Notes: a model not told the origin generated them from the sequence alone. A stretch of 64,000 nt of DNA from Clostridiales bacterium (GCA_016930575.1 JAFGGL010000063.1:8522-72521); one strand, 5' to 3'. Counted from the first letter of the stretch, positions 35,560-46,914 are shown. Program-made: numbers and translations.

Positions 35560-37061
35560 GCTTCCTCCCCCAATCCTGCCAGGTGGCCGCCCATCGGCAG
35601 CTCGACAGTGAAGGTGGTACCGCCGCCTTCCGTAGAATCGACCGATACGTTGCCGCCGTGCATCAATACGAACTGGCGGACGATCGAAAGCCCGAGGCCC
35701 GTGCCGCCCGTATCGCGGCTGCGCGCCTTGTCCACGCGGTAAAAGCGGTCGAAGATATGCGCCTGATCCTCTTTGGGGATGCCCGGGCCGTTGTCGGCGA
35801 CGGTCAGCACGGCGTTTCGCCCCGAGCGCACCAGGCGCATGCGGATGATCCCGCCCGGCGGCGTATACTTGATGGCGTTGTCCAGGATGTTATAGATCAC
35901 CTGCGTGAGTTTGGCATGGTCGGCGTGCATCTCGCAGCCGTCCGCCAGGCTGACCTTGATCTCCTGATGCTTCTGCTGGGCGACCACGGACAGGCGCTGC
36001 ACGACCTCGGTCACCACGTCGGCGATCCTGAAAGTCTCAAGCCGCAGGCGCATGGCGTTGGTATCCATGCTGACCATCGTCAGCAGATCCGAAATGATCA
36101 GGTTCAGCCTGTCGATCTCGGAGTTGACGTCGGTCAAAAACTCCGTGCGCAGGTTGGCCTGCATATCCGGCTGGTAGATGATGTTCTCCAAAAGGATCTT
36201 CATGGTCGACAGCGGCGTTTTCAACTCGTGGCTAGCGTTGGATACGAACTGGTTGCGGCTTTTGTCCAGCCTTTCCAGCTTTTCGGACATCGTGTTGAAG
36301 GTCTCGGCGAGCTTGCGAAGCTCCCCGCCGCCCTTCACCGGCACGCGCACCGACAGATCGCCGCGCCCCATGCGCTGGATGCCGCGGGTAAGCCTGTCGA
36401 TCGGCTTGGTGATGAGCCGCGACAGAAACAGCGCGATGACGGCCGCCACGACGGCGGCGGCGATGAAATAGATGAGCATGTTTTTCTGCAGCGCGACGAG
36501 GCTTTCCATCAAATCGCCCACCGAGGATGAGTATAAAAGCACGCCTACGGTTTTCCCGCCGCCTACGATAGCCGCGGAGCAGTAGGCGACCCAGTCGTCC
36601 TCCAGGCCCTCCAGCGAGCCGAAGTACGAGAATATCGAAAGCTTCCTGTCCGGATCGAAGCCGTGCACGCCGTAATCGACGGTCTTTTCATTAAGCAGCA
36701 CCGTCGCCACTTCGGGAATCTCCAGGCGTTTCCCATTGAGCTCGGAAAAGCTGTCGGCCTGCACCTTGCCGCTTTGATCCAGCACCATCAGGCGGCCGCC
36801 CATCTCCCCGCTGGTGAGCTCCAAAAGCTGTTGCAACGCTTCAATATCCGCATTTAAAAAAAGCGGCGCGACAACGACGGCCAGCTTTTCGGCGGCCGCC
36901 TGGTCCTGTGTGCGCCGGTCGTCAAACAAATAATCGCCCACCAGCCCGATCACCGACGCAGCCACCGCAAAGTAACTAACAACGACGATCAGCAGGAAGG
37001 CGAGCAGGTATTTCCACCTGATTGACGAAAACGGATTTTTAATCCTTATCCGTAAAATAAT
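35556..37061 (-). CDS. Sensor histidine kinase (two TM segments, HAMP, HisKA, HATPase_c)
   Basis: H-box FVSNASHELKTPLS. N, G1 and G2 boxes (NAIKYTPPGG, DNGPGIP, GGTGLGLSIV). The start is unresolved (see findings); the coordinate given assumes ATT at 37061, 6 nt after GGGGAG. Confidence 0.85.
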   Translation of the reverse strand: MILRIRIKNPFSSIRWKYLLAFLLIVVVSYFAVAASVIGLVGDYLFDDRRTQDQAAAEKLAVVVAPLFLNADIEALQQLLELTSGEMGGRLMVLDQSGKVQADSFSELNGKRLEIPEVATVLLNEKTVDYGVHGFDPDRKLSIFSYFGSLEGLEDDWVAYCSAAIVGGGKTVGVLLYSSSVGDLMESLVALQKNMLIYFIAAAVVAAVIALFLSRLITKPIDRLTRGIQRMGRGDLSVRVPVKGGGELRKLAETFNTMSEKLERLDKSRNQFVSNASHELKTPLSTMKILLENIIYQPDMQANLRTEFLTDVNSEIDRLNLIISDLLTMVSMDTNAMRLRLETFRIADVVTEVVQRLSVVAQQKHQEIKVSLADGCEMHADHAKLTQVIYNILDNAIKYTPPGGIIRMRLVRSGRNAVLTVADNGPGIPKEDQAHIFDRFYRVDKARSRDTGGTGLGLSIVRQFVLMHGGNVSVDSTEGGGTTFTVELPMGGHLAGLGEEA

Positions 37062-37731
37062 AGCCCACTCCCCACTTGGTGAAGATGAACTCGGGCTGCG
37101 CGGGATTGCGTTCGATCTTTTCCCGCAGCCTGCGGATGTGTACGTCCACGGTGCGCGCGTCGCCTGGATAATCGTACTTCCATACGATCTCAAGCATCGC
37201 CTCGCGGCTGAACACCTTGCCGCGGTTGGTTACAAACAGCTGCAGCAGGTCGAACTCCTTGGCGGTCAGGCGGACTTCCTTGCCGCCCAGGGTCACCGCG
37301 CGGTTGACGGCGTTGATCTCCATATCGTGCACGCGGATGGTTTTCTTGGCGTCCGACTGCTGGGTGGCGTTGGTGCGCCGCATGATGGTTTTGATGCGCG
37401 CCTTGACCTCCAAAATGTTGAACGGCTTGGTCATATAATCGTCCGCGCCGTATTCAAGTCCCAGAATCTTATCGATATGCTCGCCCTTGGCCGTCAGCAT
37501 AATAATCGGCACGTTTGAGTGCTCGCGGATGCGCTGGCAAACCGTAATGCCGTCGAGTTTCGGCAGCATCACGTCCAGCAGGATGAAATCATATTTCCCG
37601 GCAAAAAACTTCGCCAGCGCCTCTTCTCCGTCCGACGCCGAATCGGTCTCAAACCCTTCTTGCTCAAGGGAGTATTGCAATCCCTTAACAATCAAAGGCT
37701 CATCGTCAACGAGCAATATTTTTTTTGCCAT
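37039..37731 (-). CDS. OmpR/PhoB-family response regulator (WalR-like)
   Basis: MAKKILLVDDE..DFILLDVMLPKLDG..TAKGE..DDYMTKPF, plus a winged-helix C-terminus. Confidence 0.92.
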   Translation of the reverse strand: MAKKILLVDDEPLIVKGLQYSLEQEGFETDSASDGEEALAKFFAGKYDFILLDVMLPKLDGITVCQRIREHSNVPIIMLTAKGEHIDKILGLEYGADDYMTKPFNILEVKARIKTIMRRTNATQQSDAKKTIRVHDMEINAVNRAVTLGGKEVRLTAKEFDLLQLFVTNRGKVFSREAMLEIVWKYDYPGDARTVDVHIRRLREKIERNPAQPEFIFTKWGVGYYFTDKD

Positions 37732-38037
37732 TGATAACATCCTTTCACTTATATACGATCATGGAATCATAAGTAACATTATTGTAAAACGGAACACTAA
37801 AAAAATCAAGCGGAATGTAACATTGTTTTTGTATTTATTTTACATCATACTATATATCTTATTATTTTGTCTCATATCCACAATATAATGTTCATTTGCT
37901 TTTGATCTTCCGGAAATGCCACAAGGGGATGCGCTTGCGGCGCCGTGAAACAGCCAATATCGTATGCAGCATTTGCATACTCGCGCCCGTTGGTGTACCC
38001 TGAACGTATGGGTACAGGACAGAAAGTGGGGCTTGCT

Positions 38038-39111
38038 ATGAAGATTACGATTGTCGGCACAGGCAACGGCGGAACGACGATCGGGGCGGACCTGGCGCTC
38101 AAGGGGCATCAGGTCACGCTGCTGAAAACATCCGACAAACTGCATAACGAGAATTTCAAACTTCTGCAAAAAACGAAGGAAGTGGAATTCGAGGATACCG
38201 TCAAGACCAAAACAGCGCGTTTTACGAACGTAACAACTGATTTTTCGAAGGCCATTATAGAAGCCGAACTGGTGATCCTTTATATCTGGACGAATTTCCA
38301 CAAAGCGGTCATCGACAGGATGACGCCCTATATCCGGGACGGCCAGTGTTTCCTGCTGGAGCCGGGATACCTGTCCACCTGCTATTTCATGCGAGCGACC
38401 GGCAAGGATATCACGGTGATCGAGGCGGAGAGCTCCCCCATCGACTGCCGCATCGTGAAGCCCGGGAAGGTGCGCGCGCTGTTTCGAAACGTGATGAACC
38501 CGTTCGGCGTGTATCCCAAGGCGAAACGGCCCGAAGCGGTCAAGGTGCTGGAAGCGCTCCAGTATCCTTTCACCCTCACGGAGAACGTGATCGAAGCTGC
38601 GCTGCATAATCCCAACCTCATCGTTCACACCATCGGGGCGATCTTCTCCATCCCGCGCATCGAGTACACCTACGGTCAATACTGGATGTACAAGGAAGTG
38701 TTCACCCCGCATATCTGGAATATCGTCAAAAGCCTGGACAAGGAGAAAATGGACGTTCTGGAACGCCTCGGCTGCAAGCGCCTGCCCTACGTGGAGGCAT
38801 GCAAGCTGCGTAATTCCGAGGACAAAAAGGTGAACGCGAAGGCCGCGTTTTTCCACTACGCCAAACACTCCTCCCCCAAGGGGCCGCACCAGCCGGATTC
38901 ACGCTATATCACCGAGGACGTGCCCGAAGGGCTTGTGATGCTCGAATCGCTGGGGCGGCTTCTGAAGATTCACACGCCGACCTGCACGGGACTGATCGAC
39001 GTCGCCTCCGCGGCGCTGGAAACGGACTTCCGCAAGGACGGCCGCACGGTGGAACGCCTGGGGCTTGAGAACATCGGAAAGATACTAAACGACGGGACAA
39101 CGGAATCGTAA
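38038..39111 (+). CDS. NAD(P)-dependent opine (octopine/nopaline) dehydrogenase-family protein
   Basis: Internal ATG at 38038 gives MKITIVGTGNGGTTIGADLALKGH (Rossmann). The C-terminal ..HNPNLIVHT..IP..Y and ..YITEDVPEGLV pattern is typical of the family. Confidence 0.7.
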   Translation: MKITIVGTGNGGTTIGADLALKGHQVTLLKTSDKLHNENFKLLQKTKEVEFEDTVKTKTARFTNVTTDFSKAIIEAELVILYIWTNFHKAVIDRMTPYIRDGQCFLLEPGYLSTCYFMRATGKDITVIEAESSPIDCRIVKPGKVRALFRNVMNPFGVYPKAKRPEAVKVLEALQYPFTLTENVIEAALHNPNLIVHTIGAIFSIPRIEYTYGQYWMYKEVFTPHIWNIVKSLDKEKMDVLERLGCKRLPYVEACKLRNSEDKKVNAKAAFFHYAKHSSPKGPHQPDSRYITEDVPEGLVMLESLGRLLKIHTPTCTGLIDVASAALETDFRKDGRTVERLGLENIGKILNDGTTES

Positions 39112-39136
39112 CAAGAACACAAAAGCGGCAGATACA

Positions 39137-39166
39137 CCGAACCCTCCCGTATCCGGGAGGGTTCGG
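39137..39166. terminator. 12-bp perfect hairpin (CCGAACCCTCCC gtatcc GGGAGGGTTCGG) between convergent genes
   Basis: Read directly. Confidence 0.65.
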
Positions 39167-39177
39167 TTTATATTCAA

Positions 39178-40725
39178 CTATTGCAGGAGCGATTCCCCCG
39201 TCATCTCTTTCGGTATCTCAATCCCCATGCTATCCAATAGCGTCGGCGCGATATCGCAGAGCCTTCCGCCTTCGCGCAATTTCCTTCCGATCATATCCTT
39301 GCCCACGGCGATGAAGGGCACGGGGTTGGTGGTGTGCGCGGTGAACGGTTCGCCGGTTTCGGGATCGACCATCATATCGGCGTTGCCGTGGTCGGCGGTG
39401 ACGAACACGCGCCCGCCGTTATTCAGTATCGCACGGGTCACGCCCCATACGCAGTCGTCCACGGCCTTCACGGCCTTGACGGCCACGTCCATGATGCCGG
39501 TGTGCCCCACCATGTCGCAGTTGGCGAAGTTTAATATCATCACGTCGTATTTCTGCATGTTGATCTCGTGGATGGCCTTGCCGGCGACCTCGTATGCGCT
39601 CATTTCGGGGTCCATATCGAAGGTCGCGACCTTCGACGACGGCACGAGGATGCGGTCCTCGCCCGGATTGGGCTCTTCCACACCGCCGTTGAAGAAGAAG
39701 GTCACGTGCGCGTATTTCTGGGTCTCCGCGATACGAAGCTGCGTCAGCCCCAGGGAAGACAAGTATTCGCCCAGCGTGTTTTTCAGTTCCTCGGGCGGGT
39801 TGACAATCGAAAGTCCCGTAAACGTCGCGTCGTACTGCGTCATCGAGACGAAGCGCACGGGGAAGTATCCGTTTTTACGCTCAAAACCTTTGAAATCCTT
39901 CTGGATGAACGCGCGGGTCAGCTGGCGCGCGCGGTCCGGGCGGAAGTTGAAAAAGATCACGCCGTCCTCCGGCCCGACGACCGCCGTCGGCTTGCCTTCA
40001 TGCAGCACCACGGTGGGCAGCACGAACTCGTCGTTGCCCTTCTCGCCCAGCGCGTAGCTCTGTTCCACGGCTCCCTCCGCGCTGCCGGCGGTCTCGCCCA
40101 TGCCAAGCACGATCGCGTCGTAGGCCTTCTCAACGCGGTCCCACAGGTTGTCGCGGTCCATGGCCCAGTAGCGGCCCGTCACCGTGGCGATCCTGCCCAC
40201 GCCGATCTCTTGTATTTTCGCTTCGAGTTCTTTCACATACTCAAGCCCGCTGGTCGGGGGCACGTCGCGCCCGTCCAGAAAGCTGTGCACGTACACCTTG
40301 GTTAGCCCGTACTGCTTGCACATTGCAAGCAGCGCGTACAGGTGCGTGTTGTGGCTGTGCACGCCGCCGTCGGACACCAGGCCCATCAGATGGATGGCAT
40401 TTCCGCTTTGTTTTACGTGCTCCATCACGCCGACCAGCGCTTGCTTCTTGAAGAAAACGCCGTCGTTGATGTCCTTGGTGATCCGCGTGAACTCCTGGTA
40501 CACCACGCGCCCCGCGCCGATATTGAGATGCCCGACCTCGCTGTTGCCCATCTGTCCGTCGGGAAGCCCCACGTCCATGCCGCTGGCGCCGATGAGCGTG
40601 TGCGGGTATTTCTTCCTGAGCATGTCAAGCCGCGGCGTGCCCGCCTTACAGATGGCGTTGCCCTCGCACTGCGGGTTGACGCCGAAACCGTCCATGATGA
40701 TGACTGCCGTCATTTTTTTGTCCAT
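39178..40725 (-). CDS. gpmI: 2,3-bisphosphoglycerate-independent phosphoglycerate mutase
   Basis: 515 aa. IIMDGFG, NSEVGHLNIGAGR, SDGGVHS and ADHGNAD motifs. Confidence 0.95.
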   Translation of the reverse strand: MDKKMTAVIIMDGFGVNPQCEGNAICKAGTPRLDMLRKKYPHTLIGASGMDVGLPDGQMGNSEVGHLNIGAGRVVYQEFTRITKDINDGVFFKKQALVGVMEHVKQSGNAIHLMGLVSDGGVHSHNTHLYALLAMCKQYGLTKVYVHSFLDGRDVPPTSGLEYVKELEAKIQEIGVGRIATVTGRYWAMDRDNLWDRVEKAYDAIVLGMGETAGSAEGAVEQSYALGEKGNDEFVLPTVVLHEGKPTAVVGPEDGVIFFNFRPDRARQLTRAFIQKDFKGFERKNGYFPVRFVSMTQYDATFTGLSIVNPPEELKNTLGEYLSSLGLTQLRIAETQKYAHVTFFFNGGVEEPNPGEDRILVPSSKVATFDMDPEMSAYEVAGKAIHEINMQKYDVMILNFANCDMVGHTGIMDVAVKAVKAVDDCVWGVTRAILNNGGRVFVTADHGNADMMVDPETGEPFTAHTTNPVPFIAVGKDMIGRKLREGGRLCDIAPTLLDSMGIEIPKEMTGESLLQ

Positions 40726-40734
40726 GTATACTCC

Positions 40735-41487
40735 CTATCTGTCAAACAAAACGACCTGCGTAAAGTCCGGCGCTTTCAGCGACGCGCCGCCGATCAACCC
40801 GCCGTCGATCTCGGGCTGCGCCATCAGGCCCTTGACGTTGCCGGGATTCATGCTGCCGCCGTACTGGATGCGAACTGCCGCCGCCGTGTCCTCCCCGTAC
40901 AGCCGCGCGACGGCCCTGCGGATGACGCCGATGGTCTCGTTGGCCTGCCCGTCGGTGGCGGTCAGCCCGGTGCCGATCGCCCATACGGGTTCGTAGGCGA
41001 TGACGATATTTTTGACTTCGTCAGCCGAAAGCCCGGTCAGCGCCATGCGCGTCTGGTACTCCACGATCGCGTCGGTATAACCGGCCTCGCGCTCATCCTT
41101 CTTCTCGCCGACGCACACGATGGGCGTCAGCCCGCCGCGTACCGCCGCGCGCACGCGCTTGTTAACGGTGATATCGGTCTCGCCGAAGTACTGCCGCCGT
41201 TCGCTGTGGCCGATGATGACGTACTCGACGCCGACGGCCCTGAGCATCTCCGCGCTCAGCTCGCCCGTATACGCGCCCTTCTCGGCGAAATGCACGTTCT
41301 GCGCGCCCAGATGGATATTCGTGCCCCGAACGGCCTCCTTCACCGCCTGAAAGCACACGGCGGGCACGCAGACCACCATGTCGCAGGCGGCGTCCTTCAC
41401 CCAGGGTATCAAATCCGTTACGAGCGCCTTGGCTTCGTCCGGCGTCTTGTTCATTTTCCAGTTTCCGGCAATGATCGCTTTGCGCAT
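40735..41487 (-). CDS. tpiA: Triose-phosphate isomerase
   Basis: AGNWKMNK, IIGHSERR and AYEPVWAIGTG. Confidence 0.96.
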   Translation of the reverse strand: MRKAIIAGNWKMNKTPDEAKALVTDLIPWVKDAACDMVVCVPAVCFQAVKEAVRGTNIHLGAQNVHFAEKGAYTGELSAEMLRAVGVEYVIIGHSERRQYFGETDITVNKRVRAAVRGGLTPIVCVGEKKDEREAGYTDAIVEYQTRMALTGLSADEVKNIVIAYEPVWAIGTGLTATDGQANETIGVIRRAVARLYGEDTAAAVRIQYGGSMNPGNVKGLMAQPEIDGGLIGGASLKAPDFTQVVLFDR

Positions 41488-41570
41488 CGATCTCGCTCCT
41501 TTATATATCGTTCGTCAGTATTGTACCACATTCCGATTGTGTTCTAAACAGGCTGTGCCGTTTATCATGC

Positions 41571-41598
41571 AAAAATGCAAGCGTTTGACTGCTTGCAT
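41571..41598 (-). terminator. Hairpin plus T-run on the minus strand between pgk and tpiA (ATGCAAGC...GCTTGCAT then TTTT); possible internal attenuator
   Basis: Read directly. Confidence 0.45.
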
Positions 41599-41624
41599 TG
41601 AATGGTATTCTCAACGGGTTGTTC

Positions 41625-42815
<1,191 letters not shown>

Positions 42816-42908
42816 GTTTCAACCTCTCCTTGCCATTTGTTCAACGATATATTGTAGCACATGCCGTCAACCCGGCGCGGCCGCGCCGGCGGCATGCAGG
42901 TACCCGGT

Positions 42909-43928
42909 TTACAACTCCAATATTGCTTTGGCCGCGCCCTCGTCTGTCACCAGCATGCTCTGCGGGCGGGAGTACATCACGGCGCGGATAGCCTCGGCCT
43001 TACGTGCGCCCGCCGCAACGGCGATCATCGCGCAGTCCGGCTTGAGCTTGCCCAGATCGCGGGAAACGGAGGACGCGGAGTATACCACGTCGCCATCGGC
43101 ATTGAAATAGCAGCCGTACGCCTCGGCCTTCGCCCCGCGCTGCAGTACGCCTGCCAGCAATTCCGATGGCAGCTGGCGCTTTTGCCCCATGTCGTCCGCC
43201 CGGCCGATGCCGTAGAGCACCACGTCCGCCCGCTGCAGAAGTTCCAGCGTCTCCGTGATGTCTGACAGCTTCCTCAGTTCGGCCATCGTCGCGTCGTCCA
43301 CGTCGTCAGGCAGGTGCATCAGCCGGTGATGCCCGCCCAGCCGACCGGCGATCTGCGAGGCCACGGTGTTAGCCTGCGTTTCCAGCGCGCGCCCGATACC
43401 GCCGCGCGCGGGCACGACCATCACGTTCATCGGCGTGCCGCCAGGCAGCGCGTGCGCGAGTTCTAGCATCGTCCGCCCGCCGGTCACCGCCAGCGTCGAG
43501 CCGCTTTTGAGAAAGGAACGCAGCTTGCTCGCGGCCAGCCTGCCAACCTCGTGCAGCACATGGGGATCCCGGTCGGCGTCGCCCGCGGCCACATAGACGC
43601 GCGGCACGTGCAAAAGCTTCGACAAAGCCGTTTCCATCTTCGTCAGCCCCCGCAGCTCGCGGCTGAAACGCCGCGCCGCCGGGAGGACGGTTTCGGCCTC
43701 GGAGGTTAGCGTCATGCCCGCCGCGGTGAGCTCGATCAGCCCGTTGTCCTTGAGCGTCGCGGCGATGGAGCGCACCTCGCGTTCGGGCAGGTTCAGCCGC
43801 CCAGCCAAAAGCCGCCGGCCCACCGGCTGCAAAGCGTCTATCCTCTCCAGCACCAGCGCGCGGCGCTCGATCTGCTCGGCCAGGTCCGGGGCGATGGTTT
43901 TCATCAGGGTAAACAACTCTTCCGGCAT
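42909..43928 (-). CDS. cggR: Central glycolytic genes regulator (SorC/DeoR-type sugar-binding repressor)
   Basis: 339 aa with an N-terminal wHTH (..RRLLAGRLNLPEREVR..) plus a SorC sugar-binding domain. Positioned at the head of the glycolytic genes. Confidence 0.8.
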   Translation of the reverse strand: MPEELFTLMKTIAPDLAEQIERRALVLERIDALQPVGRRLLAGRLNLPEREVRSIAATLKDNGLIELTAAGMTLTSEAETVLPAARRFSRELRGLTKMETALSKLLHVPRVYVAAGDADRDPHVLHEVGRLAASKLRSFLKSGSTLAVTGGRTMLELAHALPGGTPMNVMVVPARGGIGRALETQANTVASQIAGRLGGHHRLMHLPDDVDDATMAELRKLSDITETLELLQRADVVLYGIGRADDMGQKRQLPSELLAGVLQRGAKAEAYGCYFNADGDVVYSASSVSRDLGKLKPDCAMIAVAAGARKAEAIRAVMYSRPQSMLVTDEGAAKAILEL

Positions 43929-43943
43929 ACGCGCCTCCTACGG

Positions 43944-44014
43944 GACGGTATTTGGCCCGCCTGGACAGTATTCATCCCACTCGAGAGTATACAACACTTC
44001 CCGCCTTTGCGCAA
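43944..44014 (-). promoter_or_regulatory. cggR promoter (-35 TTGCGC 44009-44014, 17 nt, -10 TATACT 43986-43991) with a tandem CggR-type operator (43944-43979)
   Basis: The minus strand reads GGGAT-gaatac-TGTC-cagg-CGGGCC-aaatac-CGTC. This fits the B. subtilis CggR operator scheme CGGGAC-N6-TGTC-N4-CGGGAC-N6-TGTC. Confidence 0.55.
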
Positions 44015-44036
44015 GGCGGTTATGATGCATTCTATG

Positions 44037-45182
44037 CTAAACGCGAATAATTTCCGTGTGAAGCAGCGCGTCCCCGATCAGCGTATCGCCGTCCAGCTTC
44101 GCTTCCCCGTCCTCAATGATTGCAAGCTTCGGCCGGGTTGCCGGATGGCGCGGGGTGAACACCGTGCAGCAATCCTCGTACGGCAGGGACGAGGTCTCGT
44201 AAGTGCCGATTTTTTTGGCGAGATCGACGATCTCCTGCTTGTCAAACCCGATCAGCGGGCGGAACACCGGCAACATAGCGACGCTGTCGGTACACTGGAG
44301 GGCTTGCATGGTCTGGCTGGCGACCTGGCCGATGCTCTCCCCCGTTACCAGCGCCTGCGCATGCTCCCGTTTGGCGATTTGATTTGCGATGCGCATCATA
44401 TAACGGCGCATGATCACGGTGGTGTAATCCGGATGGCAGCGCTCGTGAATCTGCATCTGGATATCCGTAAACGGCACAAGGTGCACGTTCCATCCGCACA
44501 GGCTTTCGGACAGAATTTTCGCAAGCGAAAGCACCTTGTCCTTCGCGCGCTCGCTGGTATACGGCGGGGAGAGGAAATGCACCGCGTTCATCGTCACCCC
44601 GCGCTTGGCGATCATCCACGCCGCCACCGGGCTGTCGATTCCCCCGGACAACAGCACCGTCGCCCGTCCGCCCGTGCCAATCGGCATGCCGCCCGCGGCT
44701 TCCAGCGGTTCGGAATACAGATACGCGTGGTCGCGGATCTCAATATACAGCTTCATCTGCGGCTTTTGCACGTCCACGGAAAGTTGCGGCAGTTTTTCTA
44801 GGATATAGTGCCCGACCTCGCGGTTGATCTCCATGGAATCCATCGGATAACGCTTGTCGCTGCGGCGGGCTTCCACCTTGAAGGTGCCCTGCTTGCCTTG
44901 AAGCAGCTTCACGGCCTGCTCGCAAATCGCACAAAAATCTTGTTTATCCATCTCCACGGCGCGGCACACGCTGTGCACGCCGAACACCTTGCGTGTGCGG
45001 CGCAGGGCCTCGTCCATATCGTCGGCATCGGACACGTACACGCGGCTGTCCGACAGCCACACATGCCCGCGCACGTTTTGCACGGCTTCCTTGACACGCT
45101 CCACCAGCATGCGCATGAAATACGGGCGGTTGAGTCCTTTTAAATGGATCTCGGAAAAGCGCATCATCAGCACTTCACGCAA
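44037..45182 (-). CDS. thiI: tRNA 4-thiouridine(8) synthase (no rhodanese domain)
   Basis: RFSEIHLKGLNRPYF (ferredoxin-like/THUMP) and the PP-loop SGGIDSPVA. Confidence 0.9.
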   Translation of the reverse strand: MREVLMMRFSEIHLKGLNRPYFMRMLVERVKEAVQNVRGHVWLSDSRVYVSDADDMDEALRRTRKVFGVHSVCRAVEMDKQDFCAICEQAVKLLQGKQGTFKVEARRSDKRYPMDSMEINREVGHYILEKLPQLSVDVQKPQMKLYIEIRDHAYLYSEPLEAAGGMPIGTGGRATVLLSGGIDSPVAAWMIAKRGVTMNAVHFLSPPYTSERAKDKVLSLAKILSESLCGWNVHLVPFTDIQMQIHERCHPDYTTVIMRRYMMRIANQIAKREHAQALVTGESIGQVASQTMQALQCTDSVAMLPVFRPLIGFDKQEIVDLAKKIGTYETSSLPYEDCCTVFTPRHPATRPKLAIIEDGEAKLDGDTLIGDALLHTEIIRV

Positions 45183-45201
45183 GGGGGAATCGTCTCCTTT
45201 G

Positions 45202-46356
45202 CTATCTGCGGGTGAACTTGGACAGCAGTCGATATTGTTTGCGGATGGCTTCGACCGCCGTTTTTACTTCTTCCTGGGTGTTTTGCACGGAAAAGCTTAG
45301 GCGGACGGCACTGTCCATTAGCTTTTCCGATACGCCCATGGATGACAGCGCAACGGAGTATTTGCGCGACCGGCTGGAACAGGCCGAGCCTGTACCGACG
45401 ATCACACCCTCCTGCTCCAGCGCGTGCACCATCGTCTCCGCCTTGACGGGCGGCAGCGAAACGCAGAGGATATGCGGCGCGCTGTCTGTGTCCTCCGGTT
45501 TCGGGCCGATAATCCTCGCCTGGGGAACGGCGGCCAGGATCTCTTTCGCTATTTCGGCTTTCAACGCGTACAGCGATTGAACGGCGTCTACCGGGTACGC
45601 CTTCACGGCGGCGGCAAAGCCCGCCGCGCCCACGGTGTTGTCCGTGCCCGCGCGAAGCCCGCGCTGATGCCCGCCACCGAAAATCAGCGGGCCGATCTTA
45701 TGCTTATCGTTCATGATCAGCGCGCCGACGCCCTTGGGCCCGTGCACCTTGTGCGCGCTGACGGCGTAGGACTGGATGTTCAGCCGTTTCATATCGACAG
45801 GCAGGCGCAGGTATCCCTGCACGCCGTCCACGTGGACGGCCGCCTGCGGCGCCAGCCTGTCGCGTAGGGACACGAGCCGCTCAATCGGCATGATGATCCC
45901 CGTTTCGTTGCAGACCTGCATGACAGCAATCAGCCTGACGTTTTTATCGAGCATCCCTGAAAGCTTTCCCAGATCCAGCGATCCGCGCGAATCCAGCGGG
46001 ATGCGCTTCACGGTGAAGCCCAGGTCCGCGGCTTCCAGGCTTGCGTTGCGCACGGCGGCGTGCTCGGCGGCCGAATACAGCACCGTGCCGCCGCCCTTGC
46101 GCTGCTTCAGATACCCGAGTATGCCTAAATTATTGCTCTCGGTGCCGCCCGAGGTGAATACGACGTTTTCCTGCCTCATGCCAAGCGGCGCAGCGACCGC
46201 CGTGCGCGCGGCTGTAAGCGCCTGCTCCGCCTCCACGGCGCCCTTGTACAGCGCGGACGGGTTGTAATACCCTATACGCATGGACGAGGTCATCGCATCG
46301 ATGACCTCGGCGCAGGGTTTGGTGGTGGCTGCGTTATCCAGATAGATTTCCGTCAT
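45202..46356 (-). CDS. Cysteine desulfurase (NifS/IscS class)
   Basis: YLDNAATT, SAHKVHGPKGVGAL (PLP Lys) and GSACSS (active Cys). Paired with thiI. Confidence 0.9.
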   Translation of the reverse strand: MTEIYLDNAATTKPCAEVIDAMTSSMRIGYYNPSALYKGAVEAEQALTAARTAVAAPLGMRQENVVFTSGGTESNNLGILGYLKQRKGGGTVLYSAAEHAAVRNASLEAADLGFTVKRIPLDSRGSLDLGKLSGMLDKNVRLIAVMQVCNETGIIMPIERLVSLRDRLAPQAAVHVDGVQGYLRLPVDMKRLNIQSYAVSAHKVHGPKGVGALIMNDKHKIGPLIFGGGHQRGLRAGTDNTVGAAGFAAAVKAYPVDAVQSLYALKAEIAKEILAAVPQARIIGPKPEDTDSAPHILCVSLPPVKAETMVHALEQEGVIVGTGSACSSRSRKYSVALSSMGVSEKLMDSAVRLSFSVQNTQEEVKTAVEAIRKQYRLLSKFTRR

Positions 46357-46883
46357 GCGCTAAACACCCCGTGCGGCAGATACTTCCTGATGAACTCCAC
46401 CAGGTCCTCGCTGGGTTCAAACACGATGATATTCTTGATGGAATCCTTGACATAGTAAAAATAATGCAGCTTCGCGTCGCGGTTCAAAAACCAGTTTTTA
46501 GCCTTGATGCCCGGCGTGCTGATGACCCTGCGGAAATGATCGCTTTCCACGGGGCCGAAGGAATCCACGTTCTTCACGCGCATGGTGCCGAGGCTTTTGC
46601 GCTTTTTATTGTTGTACACCTGCGCGAAATCCAGCTCGCCGTTGGTGAAGGTGTACTCGTACTCCGTGCGTAACCGGTCCTTGTACAAAAATAACAGCAC
46701 CGCCAGGCCGATCAGCAGCACCATATTGATCAGCAGCGTAATGTTAAATCCCGTGAAGATCCATTGCAGCATCATGAAGCCCAGTATCGCCGATACAACC
46801 ATCACGATATTGGCAGCATAGTACATGAGTTCCTGTACGACGCGGTTTTTCTTCACGACGACTTCTTCCATAAAATGATCCAT
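46353..46883 (-). CDS. Hypothetical two-TM membrane protein
   Basis: 176-aa ORF whose stop overlaps the start of the desulfurase gene. I do not confidently recognise a family. Confidence 0.6.
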   Translation of the reverse strand: MDHFMEEVVVKKNRVVQELMYYAANIVMVVSAILGFMMLQWIFTGFNITLLINMVLLIGLAVLLFLYKDRLRTEYEYTFTNGELDFAQVYNNKKRKSLGTMRVKNVDSFGPVESDHFRRVISTPGIKAKNWFLNRDAKLHYFYYVKDSIKNIIVFEPSEDLVEFIRKYLPHGVFSA

Positions 46884-46914
46884 TGCCTATCCCCCTCAGA
46901 CGGTATTTCTATCG

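Noticed and set aside
37741-38037. GTAACATT direct repeats (about 37774 and about 37818) as possible WalR-type boxes in the AT-rich region upstream of the response regulator
   Set aside because: The spacing and sequence do not fit TGTWAH-N5-TGTWAH. The region is AT-rich, so short repeats are expected by chance.
37840-38889. 349-aa minus-strand ORF
   Set aside because: It is antisense to the opine-dehydrogenase-family gene, which has a clean Rossmann N-terminus.
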